A stretch of 64,000 bases of DNA, from the NCBI GenBank assembly GCA_028534125.1, contig CM052818.1, positions 17,052,001 to 17,116,000 on the forward strand, given 5' to 3'. Below, piece after piece: positions 37,001 through 49,853 of this stretch (within the stretch, counting starts at the first letter, position 1; the number at the start of each line of letters is the position of its first letter). The translations under genes and the position numbers were made by a program. The stretch comes from Lama glama. Taxonomy: Eukaryota. The notes under the pieces are model-generated. The model did no database searches and was not told where the DNA came from. It saw only the letters and a list, made by a program, of their open reading frames with translations.

Positions 37001-38174
37001 AGTTGTGAGCTTTTGCAGGGCCCATAAAACATATATTCCACATTTATTCTGTTCCTTGCCACAGAAAGCAAATCTTAATATTTTCAGTTGGGAATTTTGA
37101 CCCCCCTCCTCACTTATTTTTAGTTTCCAATCATAGCCAGACTCTGCAGATGATAATGTATCTGTCACTGTGCAAATATAACTATAATAGAATTCTAGTG
37201 AGCAATTATATTATGTGTGTTCATATCATTTTCACAGAAAAATAGTTCACTTCAGAATTTTTTTTTTAAGCTTTTCAACAATCCGCTGTATTTGAGCAGT
37301 TCTTTCTTTTTGCTTTTGGAGTCAGGTACATCTCTTCTAAATTATTATTTTTGTTCCTCATTTAGTCTAAAACTCTGTCTAGGAAATTTGCAATATTATT
37401 TCTCATATAAGCAATCAGTCTGCTTTCCTCCATTTAATTTTGCATCCCCCAATTTCCGATACATCTTTCTGCTTTCCTTCAATTAGGTTTATAGTTATTG
37501 AGATGACTAAAATCCACTCCACCAACTGACAAAACAATTATTCACCCTCTCCACTCTGTTTAAAATGCATTAAATTTCTATCCACAATTGGAATTATAAT
37601 GCATTTTCTAGCTTCTTATAGAAAACATCAAGCCATTTCTGATGACTTCCTTTTCAAGTGCAACTGCTTCAGCCCCAATTAGCTGGACAGATTTCTCAAT
37701 CATGCATTCCCTCTTCTGATGAAGGAGTTATGACTTGGCTTCTGGGTTGTTGACTCATACAACTTTCATTGAAGCATGTTGGCTCTGAATTACTTCTCTT
37801 TCTCATTTTTCCTTATCTTAAAATTTTTCTTTCATGAAACATCTACCCCCACATGTCTTTGGAAAAGCATGACCAAGGATGTTTTCTCAATTATACCATA
37901 ATCTTTAAGTCAAGAATGTTTATTGAGTATATCGCAGTTAGCTTTTTGGGAGACAATCAGAAACTTTCCCCTGAAATAGCGTACTGTCAAGCTGGGAGGT
38001 CAGATTTCAAAACATAACATATTTGCTTATGTCTTCAGTATTTGGTGATCACCTTTTAAAGGTTCATTTTATTGGGAGCCATTTGGTTTATCAATTTGTA
38101 TAAGGTCTGAATCCTGCCTCTGAGTGAGCTTGTGATCTAACAGTGAGGTGGTTACTTGCATGGGTCTTGGAGGA

Positions 38175-38545
38175 ATACTGCTTAGGACTTGGTTTTGGGA
38201 TGACCTTGTGCAAGTAAGTCACATTCTCTGTCCCTCTGTTTCCTCCTTGCCTCATTTATAAAGCAGAGATATGAAAGTACTTACCGCATGAGATACTTGT
38301 GAGGTTTAAATGAGACAGTTAGGAGGGATAGAATTAGAGCTGACAAGCATGAATATGGCTGGCACTGAGATATTTTACACATACTATTTAATCTTCATAA
38401 TAAACAAGTGGAGTGATCATTATTCTCTGTGATTTTTCCCCCCTAAGAAAATGGCTCAGGAAAGCTAGGTGATTTGCCTGAGGCTTCATCCTATTAATAT
38501 ATTGAACAAAGTTTTGAACTAATTCAGTCTGATTCTAAAGCCTGT
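38175..38545. mobile_element. Two MIR fragments in opposite orientation
   Basis: tgaccttgtgcaagtaagtcacattctctgtccctctgtttcctc (plus), and ggctcaggaaagctaggtgatttgcctgagg (minus). Confidence 0.6.
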
Positions 38546-41500
38546 TTCAGGACAGCAGCAGGGAGAGTGTTGGATAAAGGTAAAAAAAATAAGTATTGTT
38601 TTAAACTCATTCATTTATTTGTTCAACAAATTGACACAGAGGAGGTATTGAAGCTTTGGAAATGGACTTGCTCATTGAGAATGGTAATGAGGGGGGACAG
38701 AAGGAGACTCATTCATTTATTTGTTCAAAAAATATGTGCTGAACAGTGAGTGGCATTCCACGTGTGCACTAGCTGCTGTGTGGCAAGTGAGAAAACCTAT
38801 TTTGTGCCTCAGGAACCTGCAGAGAGGTACCTTTGCTGCCATGGAATGCTGGACAGGTGCTCAAAAGAAAGAGTAGGAGCCATTCACACGGAGGAAGTAT
38901 TGAAAATTTGAGTGTGGACATAGCCATCTGGGAAGGTAACGAGGAGAGACAGGAAGAGAATGGAACCATCAGAACCTTGAGAATCACCCATGTGAGGAAG
39001 GAAGGGTGGGGAGAGAAGACAGGGAAGAGAAGAGGTCAGAGGGGAAGGGATGTATCCCAGAGTCTAGGACAGTAAGCTAACAGCGGTACAGGAGAGGACA
39101 GCTCCCAAGGGCCTTATGGCTGGAGGATAGAGGAGGAAGTAGTTCCTTAAAAGCAGATTCTCGGACTGCTGCAGCGTGTCAGAGACACTGAGGCCATTGA
39201 CACACACCAGTCGAAGGTTTAAGGGATGTGGGATGGGTAGAGGATTATTCTCATCTAAGCAGCTAGGACAGAGACCAAGATCAAGCCTAGGACGGAGCCA
39301 TGGCCCTCCCCCAGGCTGGTCCCTCCATATGATTTGGCTTATTAAGAACCAAGTCCTAGAAAAAATTTCCATAGACCTTGTAAAGACCTGAGGAGGAATC
39401 CAGCAGGACTCCTTCCAGACAGTCTAGGGGAATCCCGTCTGCACGGACCGGTGTCGGGCGGGGCCCCTGAAGGCTTCCACGCAGGAAGGGCAGATGGGGC
39501 CTTCCTCCTAGGGAGAACCAGCGAAGTTTACCATCTGTTCCGCCAGATACAAAGCTTTTTCTTTGTAATTTTGACCTGGCCAAGCCATTTCTTCTAGTGG
39601 TCGCCATGGAATTGTTGTGAACTACACAGCATTCCAGTCCAGGCACAAAGGGAGAATGGAGAGAGCCCAGGATTTGGAGTTAGACAGATCTGCACTCCAG
39701 TCTTGAGTCTAGCACATACATTGTACAACCTCTTTAAATGTGACATTTTTGTGTAATGAGTGAGGATAGCAAAGGGTTTTTCTGACAATTTGAAACAGTA
39801 TGTATCAACATAGAAGCACATGAAGGGAATGCTTCAAAAAATATGGCAGTACATTATGAGTAACAGTAACAATTAGTATAAAAGACATGGCCTGAGAAAG
39901 GACAGGATCTGAGAAAAGGTAATGGAGTCAGCTCTGTAAGAGCAATTGTCCTAAGAACTCAGATTGCAAGAGGTTAAGGAAAAAGTGAATAGTGAGAGAG
40001 AGAGAGAGAAGCAATGATTTTTTTTTTTTTTTAAAGAAAGTTGGCAATGAGCAGAAGGAGACTATTTGGACTATTGATGGAAGAAGTCTAATGCTGAAGG
40101 GAAGTTTCTAACTCCTGGTCATAACTGTGAAATCAAAACAAATGTGAAAATCAGTTCTAATCTAGCTGGGAATAAATATGCTTTTGAAAAGTTGGTTTTC
40201 CTACAGGAAACCACTACCAGAGTTTTAGGGAGCCATTAGAAGAGAGAAATTGAAAATGCCGGGAAGATAATAGCTTCTATAGCATGTTGTTTATTCTTAT
40301 TTTATAGCCTTTATTTATTTTTGCATTGTGTTAGCACTTGGGCCTCATTTCTTCATGCCACTGTAGGCTGGAGGGGAACTTTTAAGGAACACAGTTATTA
40401 ACAGCAATGAAAATTAAGATCGTGTTGAGCTCTAAGTCCTCACTTGAAAAAAATATGTGGGATGCCTATCCCCTCAAGTGCTCCTTCTTTACGGCAGAAT
40501 TCCAAGCGATGTGCATTCTCTGAGGCAGCTTTTCCAGTCCTCTTGAGAACACCGTGGGTGCTGTTCTTTGATCTGTTAACATTAACTTACATCTGTCTGC
40601 CAGGGAGAACTGTTCCTCCTCATTGTTTCAAATGCTGACCCTGGCACCCTTGCTAAGGTACTTTCCTCATTTGGAACAGGGGTGGGTGGGTGTCTTTTCT
40701 TCCTCTGGCCCATCAATCACAGTCAAAGAATTTGAAACATGTCCCACTCTCTGGGGGGAAAAAATCCAGAGAACAATTGAGTAACCTCCAAAGCATCTCT
40801 TATATTTCAAAAAGGATTTAATTGGAGATCAAATTCTTTTCTGCTTTCAAAACTAAGAACGTATTTTCTATTAAATCAGATCATACTCTAAGAATATGTT
40901 CCTCTTTCTTGGTGGAGTGTCTTATACTCAGCACACTAGGGTACTAACCATCATTTCCAAAGTCCTCTTTTATTTTATTCCAGATGGCCACTGGGACCTC
41001 ATAAAATAGACACCTATTGCTTCATCTCCTCCAGCATACCAGAATTTCCAACCTGGATGTACAAATTGGGCCCCAGTTGGTGTTATATCATTGTTTTTGT
41101 TGGTTCCTTCTGAGCAGGAGTATGTCCTTATTCATTCTAGAACCCCTCCTAGTGCTTGGAGAGGGGCTTGGACATAGGTACAAAATAGAGGCCGACTGAA
41201 TAGGTGAACAAATGAAATGGATATGAAGCATCACAGAAGTGTCAGCCCTAAGCAGAATGAGAGTCTTCCCTAATACTGAGATAGGATGGAAGGATGAAAG
41301 GAGATGAGGACCCTATGGTGAAATATGGAAAGACAGGGAAATGAGAAAGCCCCAAGTTTAGCAGCATCTTTTAGAATTCAGGTGGCACTAGACTGAATGG
41401 AATCAAAGACCAAAACATAAACATAAAATCATTCCTTCAGTGATCAAGTGGCACACAGCCTGTTTATCCCATTTCTGTGGGTCTCTAGGAAGAGACATTT

Positions 41501-42448
41501 CTCAGCCCCTTTTCTCCAGCCTCAGCTCTATCTTAGAAGGCTTTTATTCTTTGGCTTACTGATTCTTTTTCAGCCCAGTACACGTTACTGTGTCTAATAA
41601 AGTTGTAAGGAGGCCTTTCTCCATGTTTAATGACCTGGAGCCAATGGCTCCCCTGTGGCCCTCCCACACTGATGCCCACAGAGGTGTTGAAGGTTGTCAG
41701 ATAGTTCTTAGGTATATTTTGATTTTTTTAGGACAAATACATTTATAGGCATGAATAAAGTTTCAGTTTACGTAGATATGACCATATGTCCTGGTTGACC
41801 TCGATATCAAATATGAAATACAAAACTAAGGAATTTTAAACATACTTTGATAAGTGCAGATATACTTTTTCAGTTTGGAACCATCTTTAGCTGTGACCCA
41901 AAGCAATTAATATTAATGTCTCACATTGCTATTTTGAAAGAATATGTCACTATTAGTGTTTTCTTTTCATAAATTTTACCTTTAAAAATACCTCTACGTG
42001 GGTTTCATGGGCTGGGATGCCAACAGTTTCATGATCATACAACTTCACGTGTATGATAATAATTATTTTTCATTAATGTTTCTAATAGGTCTCATCCAAT
42101 AGCGTGTTTTCAACAGCATGAATGTATTGGATATAAAAATTCTCACTGCCCCTTAAAACATTTCTATCTAAAACATGGCCCAAACGTATAGATGTTACTG
42201 CAGAAGTCAAGGGAATTTTGGTTGCTTGCCCCTTTGCAAACAACAAATAAAATTACATTGTGCAATTAATACACAAACTCTATTCCGTTAGAACTACCAA
42301 TCACAGGGATCAGATCTACTCCAAAAATATGATGTTGCATTTGGGTCTATTTAACCCATAAAATGTTTTCCTTTCTAAATCTTTTTTTTTTATGAGTCAT
42401 CGTTTTAAATTGATGATACTAAAGATGAACATTAAATGTCTTACTATA

Positions 42449-42970
42449 TTTTTAATTTTTAATTTTTTTCACTTTAATAGTTTTTAATGAGAGTTGTGTA
42501 AAAGATTATTTTATTCCTGCGTCTTCTCAATTGTTTATTTCTTCTGTTTGCCCTTTTCTTTTCCTAGTTGGTAAAATTTGGCTTTACGTGCAGGGATGTT
42601 TTTGCAGTCTTTGTCCAGTTTTAGTCTAGTGATGACCACCTTGCTGGGGTGAGTGCCCACGTGGACAGTTGTGCCACCAGACTTCTCGCTGCATTCGCTT
42701 GGTGTAGATGACATACTTTTTCCTGTGAACCCGGACTGCTTTGCCAGTTGGCTGCCCTTTGTAGTGCCCTTGCACAACCTGAGCTTCATCCTTTTGGATG
42801 GGCATAGATTGAATACTGTGCTTCAGCCGCATCTCTTTGGAAAGGGAGGAAGACGTAGTGTTCCTGCAAATGTGGAGAGGTGCGCTGACATGCCTGTCAC
42901 AGGTCTTGCTTCAGTCAGAGGTCACAAAAGAATTGAACTTCATCTTGGCTGCTGGTGCTTCAGCGATCTG
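42449..42970 (-). pseudogene. RPL26: Processed pseudogene of ribosomal protein L26 (uL24), antisense to NRXN1
   Basis: Minus-strand ATG at 42943 gives MKFNSFVTSD*SK...[25 protein letters not shown], then a frameshift at ~42685, then [40 protein letters not shown] (terminal stop 42511-42513). No introns, a short 5'UTR remnant, ATTAAA signals (42473-42488) and a degenerate poly(A) tail. Premature stops at 42911-42913 and 42535-42537. Confidence 0.93.
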
Positions 42971-44159
42971 TGTTTTTTATACTGCACAGTTTGCATTATT
43001 TAAAAAAATAGAGGAGATATGGGAGGAATGTACATACTTGTAAAGTCGGTCTCCTTCATCATACTCGTCTCGCCTGGGGCTAGGTGACAGCGGCCCTGTG
43101 GGTTCACGTCCAACCCACTTGTTAGTGTGCAAGTACTGAGTGCAGCTGGGCTGACAAGATTGACGAAAACATTCTCTAAATATCTTTTGTGTATTCACAT
43201 GAGATGGGTTCCCTTCGTTATTCCGCACGGAAGTTACTCACCTAATCATGCTTAAATTTATAGGATTCACAAGAAATAACATTTGATCAAAAACCAATAG
43301 CTCTGTTCAGATAAATGGCAAAACCAATCTGAGCTTAGGTAATTTCAGTTTGAGATGACCGAGGGCAGGGCGTGGAGGTGGAGGGGAGGAAAGGGGTGTG
43401 CTTGCTTGGTGCAGGCCAGTGGCTTTGTAGGACTGGCAGCTCTTAACGCTGCATAGATTTTGGTCTGTTTGGTAGGATGCCTTCCTAAGCCAGGTGCCCC
43501 AGGAACCTGTTCTGCTTCCCTGTCTTCATGACAGGCTTCCTGACGCTGGTGCTTTGATGGCAGTTTTGTCCCGTGCACTTGGATGATGGTTTTTTCCCTC
43601 CGGATTTTTTTCTCTAAATTCCTCTGTGACACACACACATGACACACAGGTGTTTCTCATGTGAGCATCTTTGCCACTGAACTAGATTCCTGTTTGTTTG
43701 TTTGTTTGTTTTTTAAAGCATTAAAGCAGTCAGGCTTGCCACAACAGATTACACAGTCGTCGGAGGTAAACGGTCTATGCTCTGAAACCTCTTGCGTTTT
43801 CTACCTTGGTTGAGGAGAACCTGGAGGAGTCCCAGAAGTCTCCTTGTTCTTCACTCCCTGAACTGAGTAGCCAGCGCTCTTTCCAAAGTCACTTCTCCCG
43901 ACGCTGTTGTTGCCGCAAGCCCGGAAAACCTCCCTGCGCCGCTGCTGTTAGAACACCTGTTGCTCCCACAGAGGCTCTCGGGCTCACGGACTTGCCACTG
44001 AAGTGCACGAAGGAGCATGGCCCGCTCCCCTCTTTCCCTGGGCTATGCAGACTGCAGCAGGTGTCAGTTCACCTGCTGGCTTGACGGTGTTCACATTATG
44101 AAGCTTGTTTGTATGTTTCTAGTGTCATTTGCCCTTGTCCTTGAGAAACTCTGGAAACT

Positions 44160-44355
44160 GACTTCCAGAGTCTCAAATCTGGTGTTCATACTTAGTGGCT
44201 GTGTAACTTGAACGAGTTTCTTTATTTCGTCTGTAAAATGGAGGTAATAGGAGTAATCATCATAGCTAGCAGGCAGCGCTTTATAGTAAGGATTCCATGA
44301 GATGCTGCATTCAAAGAGTTTAGCCCAGCGGTTGGCCCTTAATAAGTGGTCAGCA
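44160..44355 (+). mobile_element. MIR SINE
   Basis: cttagtggctgtgtaacttgaacgagt...tctgtaaaatggaggtaatag...aaagagtttagcccagc. Confidence 0.7.
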
Positions 44356-47300
44356 AGCTGTCGGCGTTACTCTCATCCCCTTCTTTATTATGTGTTCTTG
44401 GACCTTCACTGACAGGGGCAGGGTTGGAGAGGATTTGGGGCCGGCTTAACCAAGGTCAAAATTTGGATCCAGCACATTAACTGAGAGACACACAAAGGGT
44501 TTTAGAAACCTCAGACATGTAGTAATTCTGTGCGAATGGATCTTAATCGCCAAGGGAAGAAAGCCAAGCCTGAAGCTTTGCTGAAGGGCACCTACCTGAC
44601 TCGGGTTTAACAGACAGACTGGGACAGGTTTCCAGGCTCAGCTTGGGGGCATCTGCAGAGGGATGAGAAAGATGCTCTCTCCCCCTAGCGGACACCCTCC
44701 TGCCCAGCACAGCACGGAGGCCTGGCTGATGTCAGCCCCCTCAGGAAGAGCCCTGGGATGCAGGAAAGAATCATAACAGCAGGGAAGGGAACTGGAATAA
44801 GATTCCATGAAACATCAAGGAGCAGGGAGATCATAGGCATCGTGATAATTAAAATTAGATAACCCAGAACCTCCCTGGACCTACATTCCTTACATCACTG
44901 TCATCTTCGTCCTACTTTCTCCTTTCTGCAGATCATAATCTGTCCTTCCTTAAAGATCTGACTCAAATGGATGTATATAGTAGAGCTTCCCTCAGCTGTG
45001 CTATTTATAAAAAACAGAGAGAGCCTCAGACTCTTTATACTACGTAGCCCTTCCTACCTTATGTGTCTGTTTTTTCCCGTTATCCACTTGTCAAACATCT
45101 GTTATGTGATGACGTTAGACAAGAAATCAAGCCCAGAGCTGGGGATCCAACGTCGAACAACTTCAGTCTCTGGCCTCAGAGAGTTGGCTGTCCTCCATGT
45201 CTTACCTGCCCACCAGATTGTTGGATAAACCCCTGAAATGCTGTGGACACTTTCTTCGCTTCTTTTCAGCACACTGGTCACTAGCATTTGTACATGTTTT
45301 CTTAGCCATTGTGTCAAAAGCGTTCACGAAAACCAGAGGCCTCTGTAGAAGAGACCATGTTTGGTACAGAGCACTCTCGATTCAGGACAGGGAGTTAGCA
45401 AGTTCAGGGTGCAGGGGGCGGATGCCAGTCGTCCAGGAGACTGTGTATAGTGTCCCTGTTCTCGTGGGCATGAGGAGTGTGAGAGTTTTCAGATCAAGGG
45501 AAGAGCTACGTGCACTAACAGAACAGTCTGGATTGTTTCATAGATACAACGGCATCCCAGAAAGTATTTCACAGGCGGTGTTTTAAAGACCCAGGGCCTC
45601 ATGGAGCTACATGGAACGGTACACGCACGGTACAAGTGCATTTCACAACCAAAGCAGTGCAGGGTTCCACTTTCTTAAAATAGTAAGTGCAATCCTGATA
45701 AAATCTCTGAGAACTTATCTAATGGTTCTAATTTAAAACTGCATCTGAATAACTGATTTAAAAAAGTAACTAAAAATGCCTTTGTAACATTCGACATTTA
45801 CAAGGGGCTTAAAGTTGGTCATGTATTAAAATTTATTTTATTACGCTCAACACTTAAGCAACAATGAACCTTACACAGTCATCGGCACATAACGAGTGCT
45901 CCGTAAATACATCTATTCGTTGGTGTATCCATTCATTCACTATTTGTGAAGAATCTGCTATGTGCCAGGGGCTGTGGCTGAGACAGTGAGGAAAGCAGAC
46001 TGGTTTCTGACTTCCCATGGGGTTGATGGGTGAGAGAGACAACTGCCTGGAGAACCAGCAGCAGTTAGACCCCTGTCTGTTTTCAGAACAGATAGGATCC
46101 CTTTCTGATTAATCTGAGAAAATTAAGAGCCAGAGTAAATAGGTAAGTGAATGCAGAAAATCCAGCAAGTACTTGAGAACAGACTAGAACGGAGATACTG
46201 TGTCTGAGTGGTGGCATGTTTTTACCTGCCACCCAGGGAGAAACAGGTGGAGAGGGGAGCAAGGCAGACGGCACATAATCCAGGGTTTCTGTCCTGCGTC
46301 TCCGACCCTCTCACCTCCTTATGCAGATTATACACCATCTACACACTTCCCATTAAAACATACAGTTCCATGAGGTGCAGATCCTTTGAGTCCTTTCTGT
46401 GAAAGACCCAGGATCACACTTACTATTTGAGTTTCACAGTGCTGTTTTTTAATTATTCAACATTGACCAGTAGGCTCTGTTTTTTCTCAGTGCTGCATGG
46501 TGTGAGACATGAGAGCATGTGAAAGAGCGGCTCCCTCACTTAATAGGGTTTGCCTTTTGGTTTTCAAAAAAATGTGTATTGAATTCTGGATGCCATTTTC
46601 GAAGTTGTAACCTTCCTAGATAGAGCCTGATCTAGAGTCACCAGAGCCAGATTCATGCGCTGGGTGTGTGACGTGGGCGAACGGTTTACGACGATATGCC
46701 CCAGCTTCCAGGTTTGTTTGTAGGGATTTTGCCTACTGGTAAAATGCCTAGTCTTCATTGAGTGCCAAGAGCATAATAGGCACTCAAAAAAAAAAAAAAA
46801 GAGGCAACTCTTGCTAGAATAATCATTATAATACTTTACTTCATTTACATTTATTTATATAATACCAATACCATCTTATCACGGTTGGCAGTGTTGACTT
46901 TGAAAAGGACATTCATGTATTGTCACAATTGATTCTCACAAGACTCTCCCAAACCTCAGTTGTTTGTATAGTACTTTCATAATTGTGCCATATTTATACA
47001 TTACCTATATTATTATTTACTTAATATTTTACATTTGAATTTACTTTTGCAACTAATCTCATCCTAAAGTAATACAACCCATAAAATTACAACTTTACTA
47101 TGCTAGTTATACTTTTTCCTTCAAAGTACACATCCAAATAAATGTAACTTGGAAATTAAATACAGTTTTGAACCACTTAGCATCATCTAGCACATCACCA
47201 GGCGTACGAGTCCCAGTTATCAAAGTTAGAAGGCAGTTAGAAGGTGGAATAGGAAAAACGAGGGTTGTTATGTGATTTCAGCAGTGAGACAATTGACTCT

Positions 47301-47937
47301 CAGAGAAGTTAAGAAGGTTTTTGTAGTGAAACACAACCTATTATAGACAGACATGGAGAGATTGTTTCTCACCTGAGGTCAGGGAGCTGGTTGAAGACAA
47401 AGTTGGCACTGGAACCCAGGTTGCCTACCTCACTGATACAGATTCTTTCTAGCACACTCTCTCTTTTTGGAAGTTCTCGCTCCTAATGCAGAACAGAACA
47501 TGTTGGTACCACATGCAAGTATAATGATGATATTTATAAATCTGATTTATCTGGCTATAAGCCGAGAACCCAAGGTATATTTTCATAAAGCTAATTACCA
47601 TAACAGATGAATCATATGAAAATAAATGAATATACTATTAACAACATTTTATTACTATCTACCTATACCTCTAAATTCCCGAATTGTTTTCAGTAACTGT
47701 TGGGACATTAGCTTCTATATGTCCCAAGCTCTTCTGATTAGGGCAATGGTAGCAAAACAGATATATAAACTCTCACTTTAACTGGAGTGGGAAGGAATTT
47801 GAGGTTAAAGCAAAATGACTTTTAGTATGGGCATGCCCTGGGGCTGCTAAGTAACATTTCTTAGGTATTTCGTTTGTAAGAACTCTTTTGGTTAAGCCAT
47901 TATTGACTCTTTGTATTGAATAAGGCTTTGACCAATA

Positions 47938-48070
47938 TATTCATTCATTCATTCACTCATTCATTCAAAAAAATATTGAATATGTTCATATTTTGTACCA
48001 GACACTGTTCTAGACTGGAATACAGTAGTGAACAAAAGGGATTTTTTTTTTAATCTTTTATGGAGTTTAT
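47938..48070 (-). mobile_element. L2 3' end with (CATT)n tail
   Basis: tcattcattcattcactcattcattcaaaaaaatattga...ccagacactgttctagac. Confidence 0.75.
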
Positions 48071-48619
48071 ACTGACTCTACTGGAAGGACTCCGACACTA
48101 AATGAATTTTAAAAGTATATAATTTATCTGTGGATAGTATGTGTTTTTGAGAAAAGTCAGTGTCTCTGGGCCAGGACAAGAAGTTGTTTAGTGCTTAGAA
48201 ATTGTCATTGCCTACTAGAGTGCCAGAATGAATGCTACCAACTATAACTGAGTGACCTCTCCTAGGAGACTGGTGCTTGCCCGGGTTACAGTTTTATGCC
48301 TCACCAAAACACAGGAGTCATGATCATCACTAAAGCTAGCAGCAGGAATAAATTATCTGAATGAGTCCAGTGATTCTCTTGACTGATGCTCCATCGACAA
48401 CCAACACACACAGTGACTGAGAAGGGAAATCATTGATTGGGTCAGTAGAAATGTCTGTGCGCTTGATACTGTAAATAATTTTTATTATTTTGTTGAAAAA
48501 AGAACGCTTGCCTCTTTTTATAAAGAGCACTGACTTTATCAGATCCTGAGTAAAGGCCTTTACATTTATCTTTGAAAGTGTCATATTTACTAAACTCCTC
48601 CAGGGCAGGATTTGCTTTG

Positions 48620-48930
48620 TTTTGTTTTAATTGTGGTTAAACACACACACACACACACACACTCACACACATAACATAGAATTTACCATCTTAACCATAA
48701 CGTAAGTGTACAGTTCAAGAGAGTTAAGCATATTCTTATTGTTGTACAACAGATCTCCAGAACTTTTTCATCTTGCAAAACTGATCTGTATCCATTAAAC
48801 AACTGCATTTCCCTCTCCCCAGCACCTGTTAACCACCATTCTACTTTCTTTATCTTTAGACCACTTTAGATACCTCAATATAAGTAGAATCATACAGTAA
48901 TTTGGGGGGGGGGTACTGGCTTGTTTCACG
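48620..48930 (-). mobile_element. L1MA/MB 3' end containing a (CA)n microsatellite (48641-48671)
   Basis: ttttaattgtgg..ataacatagaatttaccatcttaacc..gtacagttca..cagatctccagaactttttcatcttgcaaaactg. Confidence 0.8.
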
Positions 48931-49719
48931 TAGGAGAAGGTTTTTCAAGTTTTTTTTGTTTTGTTTAAATCCCAGTTTTACACATGAAGAGTTTGATGTT
49001 TAGAAAATATAACTTGCTTATAGTCATTCGGTTACTAAGTGGCACTGAGGACTTCAATCCAAGTCTGATGCTAGAATCTGTGTGCTTAACTACCTACTAG
49101 TCCACTGTTTCTCAAACCAGAACACTCAGAATCTGTAGAAAGAGAGTAAGGCACATAGATCTATTCTTTGAATTTTCTATTTCCTTTAAAAGTTTGCACA
49201 CACTATTCAAGTTTGAGGAGTACAGTGCCAAACTGAAGTGACTTGAGTCTGTGGCTTTATGCCAGACTCAGGAACATCCCAGACTTCCTCACTTATTACT
49301 TCTGTTTGACACATTGACCTTTCCATTTGTAACGTGGGGCTGAAATTTAAGAACTCTCTTTGACATTTATGTAGGTATACTGTGATTTAAGGGTTTGACC
49401 CAACACATCAGACTATGGTGACAGTATTAACTCTGACCATCTACTTACCAAGCTAAGATGACCCATTTATTTAGGTTTTTCATCCTTAGGTCAAAGAAAA
49501 CTCTTCCCTTAACAGAGGAAACTTGTTCTTCCTTGTTCCACCACCAGCGCATTTCCAATTCATTTGATGTCAAAATAAGAATAGTTCATCATATTCATCT
49601 TCTCTGCCAAGAGCTGTCCATTTGGTCCTTACTTTTTTCAGAAAAGAGCTAAGATGATTTAAATATTGTTAAACATAAAAGATAAATGTTGGATGGTTGG
49701 TAGGAAATAAATAGAACAT

Positions 49720-49853
49720 TCACAGTGACCACATTCTCCAAACCAGCGAAACCAGGACAGACGGGCTGAGGAGTACAAGTGTATTTATGGGGTACGTGGA
49801 AGAGACTATTTGATGAAGACTGACCTAGAAATATAGGAACATATGGCCACCCA
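49720..49853. mobile_element. hAT-Blackjack-like (MER94/MER81-type) MITE
   Basis: The ends gtgaccaca... and ...catatggccaccc resemble Blackjack TIRs (agggtgaccata / tatggtcaccct). Confidence 0.45.

Noticed and set aside
36950..37900. Possible decayed transposase or unknown coding remnant on the minus strand
   Set aside because: All frames inspected are broken by stops. Weak motifs resemble CR1/L3 LINE sequence, so it is most likely a highly decayed known repeat.
45197..45586. Longest ORF in the track (129 aa)
   Set aside because: Starts at ATG but has no recognisable domain and no splice context. The length is within chance expectation for a GC-richer patch.
46070..46148. Pseudo-exon ttttcag|56 nt|gtaagt with an early stop
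   Set aside because: Such pseudo-exons are ubiquitous in long introns, and the AG|GTAAGT lacks an upstream pyrimidine tract, so it is not a recursive site.
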